From contig NC_013967.1 of the NCBI RefSeq assembly GCF_000025685.1, positions 1,230,001-1,262,000 on the forward strand: DNA of 32,000 nucleotides, written 5' to 3'. The position numbers were made by a program, and so were the translations under genes. A model generated the notes under the pieces. The model saw nothing but the letters and a program-made list of their open reading frames with translations. It had not been told where the DNA came from and did no database searches. Below are positions 25,949 through 32,000 of this stretch, piece by piece (the first letter of the stretch is position 1; each line of letters starts with the position of its first letter). Source of the DNA: Haloferax volcanii DS2 (GTDB taxonomy: Archaea; Halobacteriota; Halobacteria; Halobacteriales; Haloferacaceae).

Positions 25949-26233
25949 TCAGTCGCGGGCGGTCCGGGCGACCGTGACCTCGACGGGGACGCCGGGCACG
26001 TCGACCGTCAGCATCGAGCGGTCGACCCGGGTGACGACGACGCGGGCGACGGCGACGATGGCGGCGACGGTGACGGCGACCGCGAGCGACGCCACGGGGT
26101 AGGTGACGACCGCGACGACCGCGGCCATCGAGGTGAGCAGGGCGGCCTGCGTCGCCAACGAGGGCGCGGGTCGGTGATGCGAGGGGTGGTAGTCGGAGCC
26201 GGTACGACTGTCTCTGGAGCGTTGTCGTGACAT
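25949..26233 (-). CDS. hypothetical small membrane protein (94 aa)
   Basis: ATG 26233. Hydrophobic core AALLTSMAAVVAVVTYPVASLAVAVTVAAIVAV. High GC3 after the first ~10 codons. No family recognised. The ORF-track TTG start at 26296 is less likely. Confidence 0.4.
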   Translation of the reverse strand: MSRQRSRDSRTGSDYHPSHHRPAPSLATQAALLTSMAAVVAVVTYPVASLAVAVTVAAIVAVARVVVTRVDRSMLTVDVPGVPVEVTVARTARD

Positions 26234-26268
26234 TCGTCTGGTGAGGGGGACAATCGGATGCGATGCCG

Positions 26269-26363
26269 GGGGCTCTCCGGTCGAAGAGCCCCGCAACGCG
26301 ACGGCCGCCGCTCGAAAATCGAGCGACTGGTGGCGCGAACCTCGCGCCGACAGACGGCGGCCG
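26269..26363 (-). ncRNA. candidate structured RNA element (5' leader or small RNA): three perfect hairpins plus an enclosing stem
   Basis: Pairings read directly from the sequence: 26269-76/26285-92 (8 bp), 26309-15/26319-25 (7 bp), 26332-38/26342-48 (7 bp) and 26302-10/26355-63 (9 bp, enclosing the latter two). Strand and function are inferred. Confidence 0.2.
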
Positions 26364-26540
26364 GGCGTGTGACGGGTTTAGAACGCGATAAGCGGCATCA
26401 TAAGCCTCGATTGTCTCCACTCGGGGGGTGATAATAAAAGTTGTTGGACGGGTGAACGTATAGAATTAGTGACTCGTTGGCACGGGGCGCGGGGTGCGGG
26501 GCGGTCGCCGGCGCCGGTCGTTCGGGAGTGTAGGGGCGGC

Positions 26541-28217
26541 TCAGGCCATGCCGGGTTCGTACTCTCCGAACTCCTCGCGGAGGACGCCGCAGATTTCCCC
26601 GACCGTCGCGTAGGCCTTGACCGCCGTGACGATGAGCGGGAGGAGGTTCTCGTCGCCGTTCGCGGCGGCGCGGATGTCTTCCAACGCGGCCTCGACGGCC
26701 TCCTCGTCGCGGTCGTCCTTCCGGGCGTCGAGCGACTCGACCTGCTTTTGCTCTTCTTCCTCGGAGACCTCCTGCACTTCGACGGTCGGCTCCTCGTCCA
26801 CTTGGTACTCGTTGACGCCGACGATGACGCGCTCGCCCTCCTCTATCTCGCGTTGGCGCTCGTAGGCCACGTCCTGAATCTCCCGCTGGACCCACTGGTT
26901 TTTCACGGCGTCGAGCATGCCGCCGCGCTCGTCAACCTCGTCGAGCAGGTCGAACGCCTCGTCTTCGATGTCGTCGGTCAGCGCCTCGACGTAGTAACTG
27001 CCCGCCAGCGGGTCGATGGTGTCGGCCGCGCCCGACTCGTGGGCGAGAATCTGCTGGGTGCGGAGCGCCGTCCGAACCGACTTTTCCGTGGGGAGTGACA
27101 GCGCCTCATCCTTCCCGTTAGTGTGGAGCGACTGCGTGCCGCCGAGGACGGCCGCAAGCGCCTGATAGGCGACGCGGACGACGTTGTTCTCGACCTGCTG
27201 GGCGGTGAGCGTCGAGCCGCCGGTCTGGGTGTGGAACTTCAACTGCATCGACTTCGGGTTCTCAGCGCCGAAGCGCTCTTCCATGATTTTCGCCCACATC
27301 CGGCGGGCGGCGCGGAACTTCGCCACCTCTTCGAGGATGTTGTTGTGGGCGTTGAAGAAGAAGGACAACTGCGGGGCGAAGTCGTCCACGTCGAGGCCGG
27401 CGTCGACCGCGGCCTCGACGTACTGGATGCCGTTGCCGAGGGTGAACGCGACCTCTTGGGCGGCGGTCGACCCGGCCTCGCGGATGTGGTAGCCGGAGAT
27501 GGAGATGGTGTTGAACTTCGGCGTCTCCGCCGCGCAGAACTCGAAGATGTCCGTGATGAGCCGCATCGACGGCTCCGGCGGGAAGATGTAGAGGTTCCGC
27601 GCGATGTACTCCTTCATGATGTCGTTTTGGATGGTTCCGCGAAGCTCCTCGCGGGGGACGCCCTGCTTGTCGCCGAGGGCGACGTACATCGCCAGCAACA
27701 CCGCCGCCGGGGCGTTGATGGTCATCGACGTGGAGACCTCACCGAGGTCGATGCCGTCGAACACCGTCTCCATGTCGTGGAGGCTGTCGATGGCGACGCC
27801 GGATTTCCCCACCTCGCCGGCGGCCATCATCGCGTCGGAGTCGTAGCCCATCTGCGTCGGCAGGTCGAACGCGAGCGACAGCCCCGACGAGCCGTTGTCG
27901 ATGAGGTAGCGGAACCGCTCGTTGGTCTCGGCGGCCGTCCCGAAGCCCGCGTACTGCCGCATCGTCCAGAGCCGCCCGCGGTGCATCGTCGGATACACCC
28001 CGCGCGTGTAGGGCTTTTCGCCCGGGAAGCCAACGTCCTCGTCGTAGTCCACGTCGGCGTCGTCGGGAGTGTAGAGCCGCTTGACGACGTTGCCCCCCGT
28101 GTCGGTCGTGAACTCCTCTTTCCGCTCCCCGAAGCGGTCGAGCGTCGGCCCCAGCGTCTCGTCTTCCCACTCGGCTTTCGCCTCCCGAATCTCTTCGAGC
28201 TCGTCGGGATCAAACAT
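26541..28217 (-). CDS. mcmA: methylmalonyl-CoA mutase, large (catalytic) subunit
   Basis: [43 protein letters not shown] and [13 protein letters not shown] are canonical MCM catalytic-domain motifs. No B12-binding domain on this polypeptide. Confidence 0.95.
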   Translation of the reverse strand: MFDPDELEEIREAKAEWEDETLGPTLDRFGERKEEFTTDTGGNVVKRLYTPDDADVDYDEDVGFPGEKPYTRGVYPTMHRGRLWTMRQYAGFGTAAETNERFRYLIDNGSSGLSLAFDLPTQMGYDSDAMMAAGEVGKSGVAIDSLHDMETVFDGIDLGEVSTSMTINAPAAVLLAMYVALGDKQGVPREELRGTIQNDIMKEYIARNLYIFPPEPSMRLITDIFEFCAAETPKFNTISISGYHIREAGSTAAQEVAFTLGNGIQYVEAAVDAGLDVDDFAPQLSFFFNAHNNILEEVAKFRAARRMWAKIMEERFGAENPKSMQLKFHTQTGGSTLTAQQVENNVVRVAYQALAAVLGGTQSLHTNGKDEALSLPTEKSVRTALRTQQILAHESGAADTIDPLAGSYYVEALTDDIEDEAFDLLDEVDERGGMLDAVKNQWVQREIQDVAYERQREIEEGERVIVGVNEYQVDEEPTVEVQEVSEEEEQKQVESLDARKDDRDEEAVEAALEDIRAAANGDENLLPLIVTAVKAYATVGEICGVLREEFGEYEPGMA

Positions 28218-28342
28218 GGTCGAAGATGTGGTTTGTCCCTACTTAAGCGTACGCGGGTCGGCGGATATCGGTCGCTGTCTCCGACCGTGAGCGCGCGACC
28301 GAGGGAGTGACGGCGTCCCCGCGAACGCGGCCGCGGCGACCG

Positions 28343-28349
28343 ATTTTAT
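28343..28349 (+). promoter_or_regulatory. TATA-box-like ATTTTAT upstream of the O-methyltransferase gene
   Basis: Centred 28 nt upstream of ATG 28374. Confidence 0.45.
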
Positions 28350-28373
28350 GTCGCTCGCGCGCCCTGCTTCGCC

Positions 28374-29042
28374 ATGGACATCCTGACCGACGAGACGCGG
28401 CGGTTCCTCGCGGCGACCGCGCCCGAACACGACGCGGTGCAGGCCGAGATGGCCGCCTACGCCGACGAGCACGGCTTTCCCATCATCGGCCCCGAGGCGG
28501 GCGGCGTGCTCCGCGTCCTCGCGCACCTCGCGGACGCGACGCGGCTGTTCGAGTTCGGCTCCGGCTTCGGCTACTCCGCGACGTGGTTCGCGGAGGGGAT
28601 GGCCGACGACGCAGAACTCTTCCTGACCGAACACGACGCCCACGAACTCGACATGGCGCGGGAGTTTCTCGACCGGGCCGGCCTCGCCGGCCGGACGACG
28701 TTCCTCGAAGGCGACGCGCTCGACCTGTTCGAGGGCGTCGACGGCGAGTTCGACCTCGTGTTGTTGGACCACCAGAAACACCGCTACGCCGAGGCGTTCG
28801 ACCTCGTCTCCGACCGCGTCGCGGTCGGCGGAGTCGTCGTCGCTGACAACGTGATGCGCGGCCCGGTCAATTTCGGCGCGCTCACCGACTGGAGCGAAGG
28901 CCGGGCCGAGGCCCTCGACGGAGCCGACGCCGACACCCGCGGCATCGCGGCGTTCCTCGACGCGGTCCGGGCCGACCCGCGGTACGAGACCATCGTCCTC
29001 CCGGTCGGCAGCGGCCTCGCGGTCAGCACGCGGGTCGAGTGA
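28374..29042 (+). CDS. class I SAM-dependent O-methyltransferase (caffeoyl-CoA OMT-like, family 3)
   Basis: [16 protein letters not shown] is the SAM motif [18 protein letters not shown] and [10 protein letters not shown] are also present. An ATTTTAT box lies 28 nt upstream of the ATG. Confidence 0.85.
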   Translation: MDILTDETRRFLAATAPEHDAVQAEMAAYADEHGFPIIGPEAGGVLRVLAHLADATRLFEFGSGFGYSATWFAEGMADDAELFLTEHDAHELDMAREFLDRAGLAGRTTFLEGDALDLFEGVDGEFDLVLLDHQKHRYAEAFDLVSDRVAVGGVVVADNVMRGPVNFGALTDWSEGRAEALDGADADTRGIAAFLDAVRADPRYETIVLPVGSGLAVSTRVE

Positions 29043-29124
29043 GCGCGCGACCGCCGGGACGCGCGCCGACCGCCGCGCACCGACGTTCGCCACGCTTTTG
29101 AGCGCCCACCCCGACCGTTCGGGT

Positions 29125-29514
29125 ATGTTTGGAGGCGGCGGGATGAACCCGCGAAAGATGAAGCAGATGATGAAGCAGATGGGCATCGACGTGACGGAGC
29201 TCGATGCCGAGGAAGTCGTCATCAAGACGGGCGACGACGAACTCGTCTTCAGCGACGCGCAGGTCACGCGCATGGACGCGCAGGGCCAAGAGACGTATCA
29301 AATCGTCGGCGAGCCCGAGACGCGCGAACTCGGTGCCGGCGACGACGGCGACGAGTCCGTCGAGTCCGCCGAGTCCGCCGAGGCCGCCGACGCCATCCCG
29401 GCCGACGACGTTGCCATCGTGGCCCAGCGCGCCGGCGTCCCCGAGGACGAGGCCCGCGAAGCGCTGGAGGCCGAAGACGGCGACCTCGCCGCGGCCATCG
29501 CGCGACTGGAGTGA
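29125..29514 (+). CDS. nac: nascent polypeptide-associated complex protein (archaeal NAC)
   Basis: [16 protein letters not shown], the NAC domain ([32 protein letters not shown]) and a C-terminal UBA-like segment ([25 protein letters not shown]). Confidence 0.92.
   Translation: MFGGGGMNPRKMKQMMKQMGIDVTELDAEEVVIKTGDDELVFSDAQVTRMDAQGQETYQIVGEPETRELGAGDDGDESVESAESAEAADAIPADDVAIVAQRAGVPEDEAREALEAEDGDLAAAIARLE
29353..29388 (+). repeat. imperfect 9-bp x 4 tandem repeat (GAGTCCGCC) encoding the [12 protein letters not shown] linker of NAC
   Basis: The copies are gagtccgtc gagtccgcc gagtccgcc gaggccgcc. Two are identical and two differ by 1 nt. Confidence 0.9.
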
Positions 29515-30236
29515 TACTCCTCGTCCACGGCGACCGGGAGTACCTCCGAGCGCCCGGCGACGAACTGCACACCGACCTCGGGATGCTCACCGTCCCCGAG
29601 GACGTGGAAGCCGGCCAGACGCTCGAAACCCACATCGGCGAGGAGTTCCTCGTCCGCGAGCCGCGCGGCCCGGACCTCTTCAACCACTTCGAGCGCACCG
29701 GCGCGCCGATGATGCCGCGCGATATCGGCCTCATCGTCGGCCACACCGGCGTCGCGGCCGGCGAGCGCGTCCTCGACGCGGGCACCGGCACGGGCGTCCT
29801 CTCGGCGTACCTCGGCCGCCTCGGCGTCGACGTGACGACGTTCGAACGCGACGCCGAGTTCGCGGACGTGGCTCGCGAGAACATGCGTCTCGCGGGCGTC
29901 GAACAGCGCGTCGACGTTCGCACCGGCGACATCACCGACGAACTCGACGACCTCGCGGACTCGGGGTTCGACGCGCTCACGCTCGACACCGAGAACGCGC
30001 CAGAGGTCGTCCGCCACGCGCCCGACCTGCTCGTGACCGGCGGCTACGTCGCCGTCTACTCCCCGTTCGTGGAGGGCACGCGCGCGGCCGTCGAAGCCGC
30101 CAGAGAGGCGGGGCTCTCGGACGTGGAGACGTTCGAGACGATTCAGCGACAGATGGACTTCAACGACCGCGGGTCGCGCCCCTCGACCGCCGGCGTCGGC
30201 CACACCGGCTACCTCGTGTTCGCCCGCAACGAGTGA
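29511..30236 (+). CDS. trmI: tRNA (adenine-N1)-methyltransferase TrmI/GCD14-like
   Basis: The GTG start overlaps the nac stop (GTGA). SAM motif [16 protein letters not shown]-terminal [10 protein letters not shown] is typical of TrmI. Confidence 0.8.
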   Translation: MILLVHGDREYLRAPGDELHTDLGMLTVPEDVEAGQTLETHIGEEFLVREPRGPDLFNHFERTGAPMMPRDIGLIVGHTGVAAGERVLDAGTGTGVLSAYLGRLGVDVTTFERDAEFADVARENMRLAGVEQRVDVRTGDITDELDDLADSGFDALTLDTENAPEVVRHAPDLLVTGGYVAVYSPFVEGTRAAVEAAREAGLSDVETFETIQRQMDFNDRGSRPSTAGVGHTGYLVFARNE

Positions 30237-30287
30237 GCGAGTCCGACGCCGGCGGGCCAACCGCTCTTTCGGCCCGACTTCGTTCCC

Positions 30288-30932
30288 TCACCCGACGCCG
30301 CGAATCACGCGAAACAGCTCTTCTCTGAAGCGTTCGGGTTCGATTGCCTCGCGGAGCGCCGCGGCCGTCTCCCCGTCGCCACCGCGGACCTCGCGGGGGT
30401 ACGCGCCGCCGGTCAGGAGGAACTCGCCGTCGACCGGCGTCACCGCGAGGTAGGCGTCCGCGGCGAGTTCGACCCCGGCGAGTTCGACGGTCGCGGCGTA
30501 GCGAATCACGTCGGCCTCGGATTCGGTCGCGTCGTCTCCTCGGGTGTCGTCGTCTCGGCCGGCGTCGCGCTGACCGTCGCCACCGCCGCCAACTCGCACC
30601 CGGAGCGTCCGCGACTCGACGCGCCGAACGTCCGAGAAGCCGCGGGCTTCGAGGCGCGACCGGAAGCCGGCGCTCGCGCGCTTGCCGACCAGTTTCGTCA
30701 GCGACTTCGACGGCGGTGTGTGCGGCCGGATTTCGAGGCGGCTGGCGAACAGAAAGCGCCACGGGCCGTCGGCGGTCGCCGGCACGCGCTCGCGGATGGC
30801 GGCGTCCTCGTAGACGACCGTCCGGGCGACGACGCTGACGGGGCCGAGTTCGAACGGGCGGTCCGTCGCGTCGTCGACGCGGACCCAGCCCTCCAGCGGC
30901 GGGAGCGTCGGCGGGGCGGGCGCGTCGGCCAT
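30288..30932 (-). CDS. conserved hypothetical protein
   Basis: 214-aa ORF with high GC3 and acidic composition. No motif that I can name. Confidence 0.6.
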   Translation of the reverse strand: MADAPAPPTLPPLEGWVRVDDATDRPFELGPVSVVARTVVYEDAAIRERVPATADGPWRFLFASRLEIRPHTPPSKSLTKLVGKRASAGFRSRLEARGFSDVRRVESRTLRVRVGGGGDGQRDAGRDDDTRGDDATESEADVIRYAATVELAGVELAADAYLAVTPVDGEFLLTGGAYPREVRGGDGETAAALREAIEPERFREELFRVIRGVG

Positions 30933-30972
30933 GCCCCGCGTTACGGACGGAGGGCTGAAAAAAGCGGATCGC

Positions 30973-31293
30973 TCAGTGGTCGTCTTCGCGCCACTTGTGG
31001 TCGCACTCGACGCAGGTGAAAAAGCGCGTCTCGGACTCGTCGGCCGAGCGAATCTGCTTCATCTCGTAGCGCGCCACGTCGTGGCCGCACTTCGGGCAGA
31101 TGGCCTTCGTCGTCGGGCCGATGTCGGCGTTGTCCACGTCGGACATGTCGACGACCTCGCTGGACTCCTGGCCCTCGGTCGTGACCATCGACTTCTCTTT
31201 TTCGCTGTCTCGGGCTTTCTCGTGGCCGTTCGGACAGACCCAGACGCCGTCTTGCGGCGTCATCAGGGACCCGCAGTCGTCGCAAAACTCCAT
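30973..31293 (-). CDS. tfs: transcription factor S (TFIIS-like cleavage factor / RpoM-like)
   Basis: N-terminal zinc ribbon CDDCGSLM...CPNGH. C-terminal TFIIS-type ribbon CPKCGH...QIRSADESETRFFTCVECDHKW. Confidence 0.92.
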   Translation of the reverse strand: MEFCDDCGSLMTPQDGVWVCPNGHEKARDSEKEKSMVTTEGQESSEVVDMSDVDNADIGPTTKAICPKCGHDVARYEMKQIRSADESETRFFTCVECDHKWREDDH

Positions 31294-31361
31294 GATAGTA
31301 CGTCCTACCGCTTGAGGGACTTAAGCGTCAGGATTGCGCCGCGCTCGCGGGGTGAGCGCTG

Positions 31362-31367
31362 AAAAAA
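31362..31367 (-). terminator. T6 tract on the - strand downstream of the DUF5789-like gene
   Basis: A6 on the + strand, 20-25 nt beyond the stop at 31387. Confidence 0.45.
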
Positions 31368-31386
31368 GTCGGCGCGGAACGGCGGT

Positions 31387-31644
31387 TCAGGCGTCGCCGT
31401 CGGACTGCCCCGGTTCGCCGAGCGCCTCGATTGGCATCGCGTTGTTCAGTTCGTAGTACAGGTCCTTCGCGTCGGTGAACTCGCTCGTGAGGCAGTTCCG
31501 GACTAACTCACCGAGGTCGGCGTTCCCGTCGGCCATGAGCACCGTCACACCGTCGAGGGAGGTCGCGGCGTCCCGTCGCGACACCGGGTACGAGAGGTCT
31601 TCGAGGAGGGATTCGACGCGGGCGAGCGTGATTGATTCTTGCAC
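31387..31644 (-). CDS. DUF5789-like small acidic protein
   Basis: LLEDLSYPVSRRDAATSLDGVTVLMADGNADLGELV is typical of this haloarchaeal family. The start is a GTG and is not certain. Confidence 0.6.
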   Translation of the reverse strand: MQESITLARVESLLEDLSYPVSRRDAATSLDGVTVLMADGNADLGELVRNCLTSEFTDAKDLYYELNNAMPIEALGEPGQSDGDA

Positions 31645-31762
31645 GATTGTTCATTATACATAGGGCGTATTAGCAGTTGTAGGAGCCGTGCTAGCACGGC
31701 TATGCGGGAGAATCGGTGACTCGAATCGCCCGAATAAACCGGAAACAAGAGCTCTCTCGGTT

Positions 31763-32000
31763 CTATTCGAAGTCGGGGTCGCGCTTGTCGAGGAAGGCCT
31801 CCATCCCCTCGCGCTGGTCGTGGGTACCGAACAGGCCGCTCCAGACGCGGGCTTCGAAGTCGAGCGCGGCGTCCCGCGGCGCGTCGTGGGACATGTTGAT
31901 GGCGGCTTTCGCGCCCGCGAGGGCGTGCCGCGGCTTCGACGCGAGGTCGGCGACGAGGTCTTCGACGTGCGAGTCGAGTTGGTCGTGGGCGACGACCTCG
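31763..32000 (-). CDS. enoyl-CoA hydratase/isomerase, C-terminal end (5' part outside window)
   Basis: The reverse translation ends ...FEARVWSGLFGTHDQREGMEAFLDKRDPDFE*, the classic crotonase C-terminus. Stop TAG at 31763-31765. The frame is open to the window edge. Confidence 0.85.
   Translation of the reverse strand, partial: EVVAHDQLDSHVEDLVADLASKPRHALAGAKAAINMSHDAPRDAALDFEARVWSGLFGTHDQREGMEAFLDKRDPDFE

Noticed and set aside
26484-26504. GGGGCGC GGGGTGC GGGGCGG, three tandem G4 runs on the + strand (C-rich in the mutase 3' UTR sense), considered as a G-quadruplex.
   Set aside because: Only three G>=3 tracts lie within loop distance. The fourth is GG or sits more than 20 nt away. This is not enough for a confident G4 call. 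It is noted only because it echoes the C-rich tract at 14700-14793.
1-32000. Search for mobile elements, prophage or defence islands: transposase, integrase, terminal inverted repeats, toxin-antitoxin pairs.
   Set aside because: No ORF shows DDE/HUH/tyrosine-recombinase-like motifs. No long inverted or direct repeats flank any segment. Apart from short intergenic AT-rich patches, composition is uniform.

Overview
This is a GC-rich segment (roughly two-thirds G+C by eye). It has an acidic predicted proteome and haloarchaea-typical domains (HTH_10/Bat-type, HalX, small CPxCG zinc fingers, DUF75xx-like proteins), so I read it as chromosomal DNA of a member of the Halobacteria. About 37 tightly packed protein genes are supportable, many joined by 4-nt or 8-nt start/stop overlaps (GTGA, ATGA, ATGAsTGA). 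I see no rRNA, tRNA, CRISPR array, transposase or integrase. Gene blocks in order: (1) a DNA-maintenance-looking block: 3' part of a Rad3/XPD/DinG DEAH helicase, a small zinc finger, a DUF7511-like protein, a MutS5-like ATPase and UPF0058. (2) A signalling block: GAF-PAS histidine kinase, REC-HalX-GAF-HTH_10 regulator, stand-alone receiver and a basic zinc-ribbon microprotein. (3) A sulfur-trafficking island: wHTH regulator, TauE/SafE with a microprotein, split YeeE/YedE, a rhodanese-MBL (persulfide-dioxygenase-like) fusion, TusA, DsrE-like protein and a second MBL hydrolase. (4) AIM24 and proCBA. (5) An acyl-CoA/methylmalonyl-CoA block: acyl-CoA dehydrogenase, two adenylate-forming ligases, epimerase and mutase large subunit. 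(6) Housekeeping genes: O-methyltransferase, nac-trmI, tfs, DUF5789 and the 3' end of an enoyl-CoA hydratase. The best candidate for an uncharacterised system is the sulfur island. Its domain inventory matches the bacterial cst and YeeE/YeeD systems but is wired differently. It carries its own cysteine-rich wHTH regulator, a 37% GC non-coding island and recurring palindromic motifs. Other items worth a second look are a multi-hairpin RNA-like element upstream of a small membrane-protein gene, a C-rich/G-depleted 3' tract, in-frame 9-bp tandem repeats in proB and nac, and a 119-aa poly-acidic tail on an acyl-CoA ligase. All functional calls come from reading motifs by eye; no searches were run.
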